A stretch of DNA of 64,000 nucleotides from Polyangiales bacterium (GTDB lineage: Bacteria > Myxococcota_A > Polyangia > Polyangiales > Polyangiaceae). The notes below the pieces were generated by a model that was not told where the DNA came from, made no database searches, and saw only the letters and a list, made by a program, of their open reading frames with translations. Made by a program: the position numbers and the translations under genes. Below, piece by piece: positions 46,120 through 56,152 of this stretch. The stretch spans positions 54,601 through 118,600 of the forward strand of contig JBBRNJ010000018.1 of NCBI GenBank assembly GCA_038230375.1, given 5' to 3'. How positions within the stretch are numbered: position 1 is the first letter of the stretch; the number at the start of each line of letters is the position of its first letter.

Positions 46120-46496
46120 CCGAACCTCTCTTCGATGAGGAGTGACGTCTGCGCCGTGGAAATGTTCTGACAACCTCGCGAATCTTTCTATGGCCGCCGC
46201 GCGTATATTTTCAGAAGGTCATGTGCGCCATGTGCGTCCGACCGTGCGGCAGCGTGACGGTGTGGCCGCTGCACTGGTGTCGCATCTGGGTGATGCTCGT
46301 GGATCTTTTTATCCCCACCATGGACGGGGATCTGCCCACGCACACATTGGAGCCACCCGCGACGTCGTGCTGCGTCCCTCTCGCTGTGCGGGACCAGCCC
46401 CCGTACATCCGCTCACTCATCGTTGGAAAAGTTCAACCACGCGCCTTTCCGAGGGCGACCTTCCATGTACTCTTGTTGGTACGACTGGGCGTCGTC

Positions 46497-46512
46497 TGGC
46501 CCGTAGGGTGCA
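46497..46512 (+). promoter_or_regulatory. Sigma54 (-24/-12) promoter
   Basis: TGGCCCG-TAGG-GTGCA versus consensus TGGCACG-N4-TTGCW, 30 nt before the GTG start. Confidence 0.6.
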
Positions 46513-46542
46513 GGATGGAGCTCGGGAACCAACGGAGGATAC

Positions 46543-48234
46543 GTGCTGCCTTTCACGAAACGACCTGGCCGCGGAGCAGAAGACAACGGGGGCGGGGACG
46601 TGGTCACGAAGGACAGCTTGCCTGCGCGCGCGAAGACAGCGCCGCCGCCGACGCAAGCCTCCACTCAGGCAAAGCCCGTGTCCCAACCGCCGCCCGGTAA
46701 GCGAGCCAAGACGACTCCTCCGTCGTCGGGTCGTAAGCAGCGCTCCATTCCGCCTCCCGGTGCAGGGACGCCGCGTCTCTTCCAGCCGTCCATCTCCGAT
46801 GAAGAGATGACAACGCTGATGCCGTCCAAGTCCGCCGAGCGCGAGCGCCTCATGGCGCGCGGCAACAAGTCGCCGCCGCCGGCAGCTGGTCGTCCTGCTT
46901 CCACGCCGCCTCCCGGCAGTGCGGGGCCCACGTCGCAGATGCGTGGCAAGGCCCTCAGCGTCGACGACGAAGGTGACGAGGGCCGCACGCAGATCCGCGC
47001 GCCACTCGCCGGTCGCATGCTGGTGCCGAACAGCAAGATCCACCCGAGCGACGATGAGGACGAGCGTACCGTTGGTCTGATCGCCGGCGGCGACGCGCAT
47101 CCCGCGGACGCCCCCGAGCCCACGCGTGCAATGGCCGGCGCCCCGAGCTCCAGTGTTCGGCCCGCTGCTGGCGAGCCCTCCGTCGAGGTGGCGTTCCAGC
47201 CCCCGCCGCCTGCGCAGTCCCACCCGCTGATGCTTCAACAGCAGAACCACGGCATGCAGCAGACCCACGGGATGCAGCAGCACCCCGGCATGATGCGACC
47301 GCAGCAGCAGCAGCAGCTGGCGTATGCACCGACGATGCACGCGCAGCAGCCCATGGTCGCGCATCTTTCCGGTGCATACCCTCAGCAGCACGGCATGCCC
47401 GCTCCCGCCATGTCGCAGCCCGCGCACTTTGCGGTCCCGCAGATGGCGCACAGCGATGCGCGCATCGATCCGCCCGCGACTGTCCTCACGCAGAACACAT
47501 CACGTGGCAGCCGCACCATGTCGTGGGCCGCGGCGCTCATGGCAGTGGGTGTCTTCGTGGGTCTCGTCGCCGCGGTGGTCGCCGGTGGTGGCTCTGATGG
47601 TCTCGCCGACACCAGCGCGTCCTTCGTCGATCCGTCGCGTCCCGGCAAGCGCGTCGGTGCACAACCGGACCCCAACGCAGCCATGCCGGGCACGCAACCC
47701 GCGATGCCGACGATGACGGTGCCGCAGCAGCCGATGGCTCAGCAGCAGCCGATGGCTCAGCAGCAGCCGTTCGCGCAGGTGCCCCCCAACGGTCAGTCCG
47801 TGTTTCCGCAGGTCGGCGGGCCGGGCATGAACCCGCCTGATCCGACAGCCGTCGGCATGGGTGCGCCGCTCACCAATGGCGGCGTCAACACGGGCACGAG
47901 CACGACGCCGGGCATGCAGCCTGGTACCGCGACGCAGCCGCCGCAACCCGCACAGCCTGCACCGCCCGTCGCGCAGCCCGCTCCTGTGGTGGTGGCCGCC
48001 GCCGATCCGCCGCCGAGGCCGCGTCAGGCTCCGCGCGCGACGCCGCGTCCGCAGCCGCCGCCCGCTGCTGCCGCCAATGACGACGACAAGCCGGTTGCTG
48101 CCGCGTCCCCGCCGAAGCCCGCCAAGCCCGCCGCTCCGGCGAAGCCCGCGAAGGGTGGCGGCGGTGCCGAGGACGACGAGCTCAAGAAGGCGGCCGACGC
48201 GCTGTCCAAGGCACAGCTCGAGAACTCGCTCTAG
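46543..48234 (+). CDS. Pro/Gln-rich, largely disordered bitopic membrane protein
   Basis: RBS GGAGG; single TM; QQPMA and PAK repeats; C-terminal helix AQLENSL. Confidence 0.8.
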   Translation: MLPFTKRPGRGAEDNGGGDVVTKDSLPARAKTAPPPTQASTQAKPVSQPPPGKRAKTTPPSSGRKQRSIPPPGAGTPRLFQPSISDEEMTTLMPSKSAERERLMARGNKSPPPAAGRPASTPPPGSAGPTSQMRGKALSVDDEGDEGRTQIRAPLAGRMLVPNSKIHPSDDEDERTVGLIAGGDAHPADAPEPTRAMAGAPSSSVRPAAGEPSVEVAFQPPPPAQSHPLMLQQQNHGMQQTHGMQQHPGMMRPQQQQQLAYAPTMHAQQPMVAHLSGAYPQQHGMPAPAMSQPAHFAVPQMAHSDARIDPPATVLTQNTSRGSRTMSWAAALMAVGVFVGLVAAVVAGGGSDGLADTSASFVDPSRPGKRVGAQPDPNAAMPGTQPAMPTMTVPQQPMAQQQPMAQQQPFAQVPPNGQSVFPQVGGPGMNPPDPTAVGMGAPLTNGGVNTGTSTTPGMQPGTATQPPQPAQPAPPVAQPAPVVVAAADPPPRPRQAPRATPRPQPPPAAAANDDDKPVAAASPPKPAKPAAPAKPAKGGGGAEDDELKKAADALSKAQLENSL

Positions 48235-48278
48235 CCGATCACGCGAACTGGCGCAGTGAACACAGGCAAGGACCGCGA

Positions 48279-49430
48279 CTACAGCTTGCAGGCCGCGCGC
48301 ACTTCCGTCGGATCGTAGTCCGGTCCGATGGGGACGGGCTGCGATGCAGCGCACGTGGTCAGACCCACGGCCTTGCAGTCGACGGAAAACACGATGCCGT
48401 TGGCGCAGCCGTGGACGGTGGTGCCGGTGCACGAATCAGAACCGCACGTCGTCGGGCCGACGCACGCGTATGCGGGATCCCACGCGGGCCCCATGACGGC
48501 GGTCGTGCACGTCGCGGTGTTGGCGCCCAGCTTCGCGCAGTCGACGCGGTCCTCGACGCCAGAGCGGCAGTCGATGGCGACGTTCATGGAACATACCAGC
48601 GTGCCATTTCCGCAGGCCACACCGGAAGGCACGCACACGCTGCCGCCGTCGCTTGCGGTGCAGGTGCCAGCGCCGACGTTCTTGCAGTCGCGGCCCAGGT
48701 CCAGGGCGTACGACAACCCGGCATCTTCGCAGTCGTGGAGGATCGCGCCCTCGCATCCAGAGTTGCAGCCTGCATCGTTCGCGGTGTCGCTCGCTGCGCA
48801 GAACGCGATCGAGTCATTCCTGTCCGGCTGGATGCAGCGCCTGCCCTGCGCGTCGCAGTTTGCAACGAACGTGGGATGGGCGCCCATCGGCGCGGTGTCG
48901 GAGCACGCAACGCGAGTCACGTTGTTCATGGCGCACGAGTTGAACTTGGCGCCGGTCCCGTTGCAGACGGGCGTGCTGACGGGATACACGCAGCGGTTCA
49001 CGTCGTCGCAGGTCTTCACGTTCGCGAGGCAGCTCCAGTACGTGAAGACAGAGCCCTTCACCTTCATGTTGGGGCGCACGCTGCAGTCGTAGGCCTGGAT
49101 GGCCTCGAAGACGCACTGCCCGAACGTGTTGTGCTCGTACGGGCCTTCGCACGCTCCAAGCCACGCACATGCGTGCGCGGCGGTTGCCTTCGCCACATCC
49201 GTGCTGAGCGCGCAGAAATCCGTCGCGGGGTCCACGCCCGCGTCCGCGGTGGTCTGCACGTCTGCTGCCTGGCCCGCGTCCACGGCGCCGCAACCTTGCG
49301 CGCTCGCATCGGCTTCGCACAGCGTCGTGAAGTTGGTGTCGTGGAACAGATCGACGCATGCCACCAGCGCGACGGCAGCGCCAAGAGCTCCTGCGGCGCA
49401 CGCGAGCTGAAGCGGGCGAGCGCGCCTCAA
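48279..49430 (-). CDS. Cys-rich lipoprotein
   Basis: Lipobox LVAC; many Cys; TTG start overlaps the upstream stop. Confidence 0.8.
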   Translation of the reverse strand: MRRARPLQLACAAGALGAAVALVACVDLFHDTNFTTLCEADASAQGCGAVDAGQAADVQTTADAGVDPATDFCALSTDVAKATAAHACAWLGACEGPYEHNTFGQCVFEAIQAYDCSVRPNMKVKGSVFTYWSCLANVKTCDDVNRCVYPVSTPVCNGTGAKFNSCAMNNVTRVACSDTAPMGAHPTFVANCDAQGRRCIQPDRNDSIAFCAASDTANDAGCNSGCEGAILHDCEDAGLSYALDLGRDCKNVGAGTCTASDGGSVCVPSGVACGNGTLVCSMNVAIDCRSGVEDRVDCAKLGANTATCTTAVMGPAWDPAYACVGPTTCGSDSCTGTTVHGCANGIVFSVDCKAVGLTTCAASQPVPIGPDYDPTEVRAACKL

Positions 49431-50464
49431 AACGACCCCGTCACGGTGACGCCCAGCGGGCCAGGCGTGATCGTGGTGGTCCGCTTGGGCTCAGGCGAAT
49501 CCTTCGTCCCACCGGATGACCAGAGGATCACCGCGACGGCGCCAAGCCCTGCGCCGCCGATCCAACCCGCGAGCGCCAGCGCATCGTAGGTGCGCACGGG
49601 GCCTTTCTTGTCGTCGCAGCTCACTTGCTTGAGGCATGCCGCCTTCGCATCGTCTGCAGCGGAGCCCGCGAGGATGAACGACGCCACGCCGCCCCCGACA
49701 AGCACCACCGCGCCAGCCGTCGCGAGGATCGCAGTGCCGTGCGACGGACCTTTCTCTTCGGGCTTGTCTGCTGCGGGAGGTGCCGGTGCGGGCAAAGACG
49801 AGCTCGCTGGTGTCGCGCTGGGGCGTGCGGCTGGCGTGCTGGATGGCGTTGCAGATGGTGGCGGCACGACGGCGGGGGTCTGCTGGACGGGCACGACGCT
49901 CACCTTGATCTCCGTGCGCGAGGCGTCCGCGAACTCGCGCGTCTCGGAGAAGGGGATGTAGCCGACGGCCTTGCCTTCGACGGTGTGACGGCCGACCTCG
50001 ACGCGGATCTCCAGGCCCCAGAGCCCTTGCGGGATCGGCTTACCGTCGATCGACACCTCGAGCCCGGGTACCTCGCTCACCAGGGGCACGAGCTTTGGTA
50101 CGCGCTGCGTCAGCCGTGCGAGTGGTGCCTTCACGGCCGCGAGCACTTCCTGGTTCTGCTTCTGCGTCGCCTCGACCTCGGCCTGTTGATAGTAGGTGAG
50201 CGCAAGCACCTCTTCGTGGAGCTGATCGTGGCAGAAGCCCGTGTGGTACTTCAGGGAGGGCGAGCTCTTCACGGTGGCGACGCGGCGGTAGCGCTCGAGC
50301 GCCTGCGGACAGTTGCCCGCCTTCTCGAGCTTGATGCCTTCTTCGAACAGCGTCCGCGCGAGCTGGACCTCTTGCGGGCTGGGATCACCGGCGCGCGCAA
50401 AATGCGGCGCCGCAGATACGAACGCGATGGACAGCAGCAAGAGCCAGAGACGCGCGCGCTTCAT
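49427..50464 (-). CDS. TPR + PEGA domain exported protein with C-terminal hydrophobic segments
   Basis: 'ARTLFEEG...ALERYRR' TPR; 'VSIDGK...VGRHTVEGKAVGY' PEGA; terminal VTGSF. Confidence 0.85.
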   Translation of the reverse strand: MKRARLWLLLLSIAFVSAAPHFARAGDPSPQEVQLARTLFEEGIKLEKAGNCPQALERYRRVATVKSSPSLKYHTGFCHDQLHEEVLALTYYQQAEVEATQKQNQEVLAAVKAPLARLTQRVPKLVPLVSEVPGLEVSIDGKPIPQGLWGLEIRVEVGRHTVEGKAVGYIPFSETREFADASRTEIKVSVVPVQQTPAVVPPPSATPSSTPAARPSATPASSSLPAPAPPAADKPEEKGPSHGTAILATAGAVVLVGGGVASFILAGSAADDAKAACLKQVSCDDKKGPVRTYDALALAGWIGGAGLGAVAVILWSSGGTKDSPEPKRTTTITPGPLGVTVTGSF

Positions 50465-50466
50465 GC

Positions 50467-51141
50467 CTACTGATTCTTGGTCGCAGGATCGACGCTCTCG
50501 GATTGCTCGATGGCCGCGCACATCTCGGGGAAGCTGGCGAACACTGCGCGTGCAGCGCGTCGCGTCGCGCGCGCGTCCATGGGCGCCTGGGGCGTGGGTG
50601 CCGAGGGCTCTTGCATCTTGCCGCCAGCCATCATCCCGCCGAGCCCACCGCCGAGCCCGCCGATGACGGAGTTGCAGTCAGCTCCGCACGACATGGTGAT
50701 GCACTGGAACACAGCGAGCACCTCCAGCAGGCCCGATGGCCCGGCCTCGCCCGAGCAGCCGAACGCGCAGACCGGGTTGACCGAGCCGCCCGAGAGGCAC
50801 TTGCTGAAGACACACTGCAGCGTGCCGATGCACGACTGGCTGGTCACGCACGCGATGATCTGGTTCGAGCACGCCTGCCCGACGCAGATCGCGCAGTTGA
50901 TCGGGTTCGCCGCGTCCACACCGGCGTCAGTGCTGCTCTTCGCGTCCGTGAGGCCCGCACCGTCGGTGATGTTGCCGCCTTCCGCCGTGCTGCCCTCGTC
51001 GCTGCCGTCGGCGCCTGCGCCGTAGAGGTAGTCGGGGGCGTCGAGCGGACCGCGCGCGCCGCAGGCGACGCACAGGAGTACGGGCACACAGGCCATGCCT
51101 GCCATCATCGCGATCGAGAGCGCGCCACGCTTGCCCACCAT
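50467..51141 (-). CDS. Cys-rich lipoprotein
   Basis: Lipobox CVACGAR; helical CxxC repeats. Confidence 0.75.
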   Translation of the reverse strand: MVGKRGALSIAMMAGMACVPVLLCVACGARGPLDAPDYLYGAGADGSDEGSTAEGGNITDGAGLTDAKSSTDAGVDAANPINCAICVGQACSNQIIACVTSQSCIGTLQCVFSKCLSGGSVNPVCAFGCSGEAGPSGLLEVLAVFQCITMSCGADCNSVIGGLGGGLGGMMAGGKMQEPSAPTPQAPMDARATRRAARAVFASFPEMCAAIEQSESVDPATKNQ

Positions 51142-51195
51142 GGATCACGCTTCTAGCACTTTTCCCCGGTGGTCGAACGTGCAAAAAAGAGCGGC

Positions 51196-52077
51196 ATGAG
51201 GCTCGTCCACACACCCGCGGAGTTCCGAGAAGCCTGCGACGAAGCACGCCGCGCCGGCCAGCGGGTTGGCTTCGTGCCCACGATGGGGGCGCTTCACGAA
51301 GGGCACCTTGCCCTGGTGCGAGAGGCCAGGAAGCATGCGCAGCTGGTGTGTGTCTCGATCTTCGTCAACCCGACCCAGTTCGGGCCAAACGAGGACTTCT
51401 CGCGCTACCCCCGCGATCTCGCCGGGGATGCGGAGAAGCTGCGTGGCGCCTCCGCGGACCTGGTCTTTGCGCCCGATGCCGCTGCGATGTACCAGCAGGG
51501 CGAGGCGACGCGCGTACACGTGAGCCGGCTGACGGACGTGTTGTGTGGCCCATTTCGGCCAGGCCACTTCGAGGGCGTGAGCACCGTGGTGGCGAAGCTC
51601 TTCGGCCTCACGGGTCCGAGCGTCGCCGTCTTCGGGCGCAAGGATTACCAGCAGCTGGCGGTCATCCGAAGGATGGTGAAAGACCTGTACATGCCCGTCG
51701 AGCTCGTCGGGCACCCGATCATCCGCGAGGAGAGCGGCCTGGCACTGAGCTCACGCAATGCGTACCTCAGTGACGACGAACGAGCGCGTGCGCTGTCGCT
51801 GTCGCGCGGACTACGGCGGGCCTCCGCGGCGTTCGCGTCGGGCGAGCGGAGTGCCGCCACGTTGCGTGAACTCGTGCATGCGGAGGTCGTCGCGAACGCA
51901 GACTCGATCGACTACGTCGACGTTGCGGATCCGGACACGCTCTCGGTCTACTCCGCGGATGCCGCTGGCGGCGCAAACCCGAGCGTCGGTGCGCGCGCTC
52001 TCGTCGCGATCGCATGCCGGGTCGGGAAAACCAGGCTCATCGACAACACGGTCCTCGGCGAGGATGTCTTGGCGTAG
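51196..52077 (+). CDS. panC: Pantoate-beta-alanine ligase
   Basis: [44 protein letters not shown]. Confidence 0.97.
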   Translation: MRLVHTPAEFREACDEARRAGQRVGFVPTMGALHEGHLALVREARKHAQLVCVSIFVNPTQFGPNEDFSRYPRDLAGDAEKLRGASADLVFAPDAAAMYQQGEATRVHVSRLTDVLCGPFRPGHFEGVSTVVAKLFGLTGPSVAVFGRKDYQQLAVIRRMVKDLYMPVELVGHPIIREESGLALSSRNAYLSDDERARALSLSRGLRRASAAFASGERSAATLRELVHAEVVANADSIDYVDVADPDTLSVYSADAAGGANPSVGARALVAIACRVGKTRLIDNTVLGEDVLA

Positions 52078-52109
52078 AAGCCACCGGTCTTTCGTGGTAC
52101 TCGCCGAGC

Positions 52110-52751
52110 ATGACCAAGGAACGTGGCCGGTTCGTGGTGATCGAAGGGATCGACGGCGCCGGGACAACGACCCAGTCCGCGCTGCTCGCGACCCGGCTCC
52201 GGAAGAGCGGCCTCGTGGTGCGCACCACGCGCGAGCCGAGCGACGGCCCAATCGGCACGTTGATCCGGCAGGTGCTCACGGGCCGCGTGGTCGTACCGGG
52301 CGGGCTTGCGCCGGGCTGGGCGACGATGGCCCTGCTCTTCGCGGCGGACCGCATGGACCACGTGGAGTCTGAGATCGAGCCGTTCATCGCGAGCGGCGGC
52401 ATCATCGTCTCGGACCGCTACGACGCGTCCAGCCTTGCCTACCAGAGCGTGGTCAGCGGCCGCTCGAGCTCCGAGGCCGTGGAGTGGATCCGCGCGCTCA
52501 ACTCTCATGCGCTCCGGCCTGACATCACGATCGTGATCGACCTGCCGGCGGACGTGGCGGCGGTCCGGCGGGAGTCCCGCGGCGAGGCGGCGCAGCTCTA
52601 CGAGCAGCACGAGGTGCAGCGCTCGTTGGCTGCATTCTACACGGACTTACCGAAGCACATGCCGAAGGATCGCATCGTCATGCTCGACGGACAGGGCACC
52701 ATCGACCAGGTTTCGGAGCGGGTTTTTGCCGCCTACTCGTCGAAAAGTTGA
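52110..52751 (+). CDS. tmk: Thymidylate kinase
   Basis: IEGIDGAGTTTQ, TREP, LLFAADR, SDRY..SSLAYQ. Confidence 0.95.
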   Translation: MTKERGRFVVIEGIDGAGTTTQSALLATRLRKSGLVVRTTREPSDGPIGTLIRQVLTGRVVVPGGLAPGWATMALLFAADRMDHVESEIEPFIASGGIIVSDRYDASSLAYQSVVSGRSSSEAVEWIRALNSHALRPDITIVIDLPADVAAVRRESRGEAAQLYEQHEVQRSLAAFYTDLPKHMPKDRIVMLDGQGTIDQVSERVFAAYSSKS

Positions 52752-52783
52752 AGCCTGACCCGATTCTTGCCACATTCCAGGGC

Positions 52784-53365
52784 ATGCAGTCGCTCTCCTC
52801 CCTGGCCTTCGCGTCCTTGCTCGTCACCTCCCTGGTCGCTTGTGGTGGTGGTGCGCAGCCCGCGCCCCAGGCCAAGGCGTCGCAGAAGCTCGAGGCCGCA
52901 CCGCCGATCGCCGAAGCACCGGTGGGCCCCGTTGAGGTGAAGCGCTCGCAGCTGAAGCGGTTTGCGGAGCGTCCCGGTGAGTTCTTCCAGAGCATCGACC
53001 TGGACGATCGCGCCGTGTTCGCGGACGGCAAGTTCCACGGCTTCCGTTTGATCGCCCTTCGCGACGGCCTCGAGCGCAGCGGCCTTCAGCCCGGTGACGT
53101 GGTGGTGAGCGTGAACAAGATGCCGATCGAGCGCCCCGAGCACGCGATCGCCGTGATCCGCAGCCTGGAGAAGGCGAAGGAGCTCCGCGTCGACTACGAG
53201 CGCAACGGCGAGCCGAAGACCGTCACCGTTCCGATCATCGATGACGGCGGCCCCGCGCCCGGTCCTCTCGGCGTTGCTCCGGCTCCGGCAACGCCTCCGG
53301 CTACTCCGCCGGCCACGCCCGCTACCGCACCTGCTGCTCCCGTCGCCGCTCCTGGCACGAAGTAG
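52784..53365 (+). CDS. Lipoprotein with GspC-type PDZ domain
   Basis: Lipobox LVAC; 'GFRL...GLQPGDVVVSVN...ERNG'. Confidence 0.78.
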   Translation: MQSLSSLAFASLLVTSLVACGGGAQPAPQAKASQKLEAAPPIAEAPVGPVEVKRSQLKRFAERPGEFFQSIDLDDRAVFADGKFHGFRLIALRDGLERSGLQPGDVVVSVNKMPIERPEHAIAVIRSLEKAKELRVDYERNGEPKTVTVPIIDDGGPAPGPLGVAPAPATPPATPPATPATAPAAPVAAPGTK

Positions 53366-53369
53366 CCGC

Positions 53370-55319
53370 TCAGCGGAGATCCACGAGGCTCGCGAGCGCG
53401 AGGCGATCGGTGTCGATCGTCGCGCGCGGATCCTCGTGCGGCTCGAAGCGCAGGATGACGCCGCCCTCCTCGTCCACGCGCACGTGGTCGCGGTCGATGT
53501 GGCCATGGACGACGCCGGCGGAGTGCAGGAGCGCGAGCGCCTCTCGCAGCGCATTGCCTTGCGCAGGCGACAGCACGGAGACCAGCGCCATGCCCCTTGG
53601 TTCGTCGAACCAGATCTCCGACGCGGGGCGGTCCACGCGTAGCACTCGCTGTAGCGCAGGGTGCTCGGCCCTCGCGAACGCCTGCGCACGCACGAGTGAC
53701 GGCGCGTCCAGCGGGAACACCTCGACAGGGCGATCAAGGAACGTGTCCATGATCCGTGCGCCCACGTGGGCGACGCGACCAGCGCGTGGGTGCTCGCTCG
53801 GTGCACGCGCGACCTCTGCGCGCAGGGCGGCGCGTTCGATGGTGCTGGGCCACGGCAGTGCCGTGAGTGCACGCCGCGCCGCGAAGGCGTCTGCGGGGCG
53901 AGCGTCGGGAGCATCCGCCGTCAGCGACAGGACGATGGCGTCGTGTCGCCGATCCAGATCGCGATGCGCGCCGCTGGGTAGCACGCGGAGCGGCTCGTTC
54001 GCCTGTGGTCGCTCGCCTGTGAGCATCTCGCGCAGGATCATGCCGACGCCGTAGAGATCGCTCTTGATGCTGGCGGGGCGCCCTTCGCGCTGCTCCGGGC
54101 TCATGTATCCGAGCGTGCCGATGATGCCAGCTGTGGCGGTGGCGGAGAGGTCACCAAGGTGCGCTGCGCCAAAGTCGCCCAGCTTCGATACGCCAGCGCC
54201 GTCGAAGAGGACGTTCGCGGGCTTCACGTCGCGGTGCAGGACGGACAGGCGGTGCGCCTCGCCCAGGGCGGACAGCACGGCCGTCGTGATCTCGATCGCG
54301 CGCGAAGGCGCCACGGCCTCCTTCGCGAGCATGTGCTCCAGCGTGCCGCCCGTCATCCACTCCATGACGAGCGCGGGCCCGTCCGGCACGTAGTCACGCA
54401 GCGGCACCACGTTCGGGTGGTCCAGGGAGCCGAGCACCTTCACCTCGCGCTCGAACCGCGCGAGGGCGTCGCGTCCTGCGCCGCGAGCGTCGTAGCCGGC
54501 GAAGATCTTCACGGCGACGTGCTCGCCGCGAATGGCGTCCACACACTCGAGCACGCGTGCGGAGGGAGACGACGCGACCTCACGCAGCACCTCGTAGCGG
54601 CCGAACACGCGCGCCTTCACCTGCGACTGCGGTGCCTCGGGCTCCGCTGTGGATACAGGCCCGCCAAGCCGATCCAGCTCTGCGGAGGCCTCGTCCTTCG
54701 CCTGCATGAGGCCAAGGCGGTCGAGCGCGCCGAGCAGCAGGCTGAGCGCATGCCGCCGTTCGAGCGCGTCCGACGGGACCTGCTGCAGGTGCTTCGCGCC
54801 TGCCTCCGTCTTTCCATAGCGCAGCAGAAGAGAGCCCAGCGCCACTCGCAATGCGGCGCGCTTCGGCTCCCTCCGGATCTGCGACTCCAGCGTGCGCGCG
54901 GCGCGGACAACGTCGCCGGCGTCCTCGTAGAGCTTGGCGGCGCGTGCGGCGTCCTGCGCCTTCTCCCACGCATCCGCGGCGGAGAGCTTGTTGCCCGCGG
55001 CCTCGTAACAGCGCGCGGACCACGGATACGCGCCGCGCTGATCGAAGTAGAACGCCATCTTGGCGTGCATGGCGGCGTCGCCGATCGCGGTCAGCGCCGA
55101 CAGGGCTTCTCCGTCGTTCTTGGACTCGACGAACAGGCGCAGCGCGCGCGGGAAATCTCGGGCTCCGCGCGCGCTCTCCGCGGCCTCGCGCCACGCACAC
55201 GCACGCTCGAACAGCTCGCTCGCCGCGGCCAGGTCCCCGCGCGACAGGCACAGGCTGGCGGCTTCCGCGAGGCGGCTCTCGCGCACCAACACCTGGACGT
55301 CGGGTGGGAAGTTCGTCAT
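53370..55319 (-). CDS. TPR-repeat Ser/Thr kinase with degenerate second kinase lobe
   Basis: N-terminal helical repeats; VAVK, HRDVKPAN, DFG, YMSPEQ; C-terminal 'LHSAGVVHGHI'. Confidence 0.88.
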   Translation of the reverse strand: MTNFPPDVQVLVRESRLAEAASLCLSRGDLAAASELFERACAWREAAESARGARDFPRALRLFVESKNDGEALSALTAIGDAAMHAKMAFYFDQRGAYPWSARCYEAAGNKLSAADAWEKAQDAARAAKLYEDAGDVVRAARTLESQIRREPKRAALRVALGSLLLRYGKTEAGAKHLQQVPSDALERRHALSLLLGALDRLGLMQAKDEASAELDRLGGPVSTAEPEAPQSQVKARVFGRYEVLREVASSPSARVLECVDAIRGEHVAVKIFAGYDARGAGRDALARFEREVKVLGSLDHPNVVPLRDYVPDGPALVMEWMTGGTLEHMLAKEAVAPSRAIEITTAVLSALGEAHRLSVLHRDVKPANVLFDGAGVSKLGDFGAAHLGDLSATATAGIIGTLGYMSPEQREGRPASIKSDLYGVGMILREMLTGERPQANEPLRVLPSGAHRDLDRRHDAIVLSLTADAPDARPADAFAARRALTALPWPSTIERAALRAEVARAPSEHPRAGRVAHVGARIMDTFLDRPVEVFPLDAPSLVRAQAFARAEHPALQRVLRVDRPASEIWFDEPRGMALVSVLSPAQGNALREALALLHSAGVVHGHIDRDHVRVDEEGGVILRFEPHEDPRATIDTDRLALASLVDLR

Positions 55320-56152
55320 GTGCCGTCGGCCTCGGTCATGTCGTCCTCGTCGGAGTCCGGAGCGGACGCGTCGAAGCGCGAGGCCGCGTGCTCCACGTCC
55401 AGATCAACGCCGTACGGCTCGACGGGTTTTTCGCCGCGACCGAGCGCGCGCGTGTCCGCGTGCTGCGCGACGTCGTGGAGGATGCCGCGCTCGCGGTTCT
55501 TTCGCCCCGGCCCGCTTGCATCGATCCAGAAGTAGCTCTTGTCGCGCACGTCAACGTGGACGAAGCCGCTCGTCGGGTAGACACCGACGCCGACGAAGCC
55601 CTGATCGCGGACGAAGCGTGCGACCTCTTCATCTGTGTGCCCAGGCACAACGAGGTCCATGGCGCGCCCGCGGCCGTGGTTCGACGTTTTGCCCGCGCGT
55701 GGGCTGCGATATCCAGAGAGCATGCGGAGCTCCGCCGCGTCGAAGTGCGTCTGCACGCGATAGAGCAGGTCCGCAAGGCGAGGATGGAGCGGATGCGTCA
55801 TTCCGCTCTGCGGCTCACGCGCGAAGCGGGACAGGCGGTCCATTTCGACGTCGGTGAAGCTGCCCTGGTCGGCGAGCGGAGTGATCTCCACGTACTCCGC
55901 GGTGTTGAGCCCGCGCAGAGAGAGCAGCGCGCGCCCCGCGTCGCTCCTGGGCTGCGCCTTTCCGGGAGGCGGTGCGTGCCAGCTCTGCACGTTGCGCGCA
56001 TACCCGCGTGGGGCGGGTGCTGGATGCGGCGGCGCGGGCTTCGCGGGCGGCGCTGCGTCTGCGATCCGCAAGATGACCGTCAGCGCGAGAAGCACCGCGG
56101 CCCCCGCTGCGAACGTCCGAACGATACCGACCCGCACGCGCATCATGCTCAT
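55316..56152 (-). CDS. DUF882 / peptidase M15 (YcbK/MepK-like) peptidoglycan endopeptidase
   Basis: HPRLADLL, SGYRS, SNHGRGRAMD, GVGVYP..GFVHVD. Confidence 0.9.
   Translation of the reverse strand: MSMMRVRVGIVRTFAAGAAVLLALTVILRIADAAPPAKPAPPHPAPAPRGYARNVQSWHAPPPGKAQPRSDAGRALLSLRGLNTAEYVEITPLADQGSFTDVEMDRLSRFAREPQSGMTHPLHPRLADLLYRVQTHFDAAELRMLSGYRSPRAGKTSNHGRGRAMDLVVPGHTDEEVARFVRDQGFVGVGVYPTSGFVHVDVRDKSYFWIDASGPGRKNRERGILHDVAQHADTRALGRGEKPVEPYGVDLDVEHAASRFDASAPDSDEDDMTEADGT

Noticed and set aside
46142..46810. ORFs in the 46120-46542 intergenic region
   Set aside because: No RBS or motif support, lower GC3, and they overlap a sigma54 promoter and the true gene start
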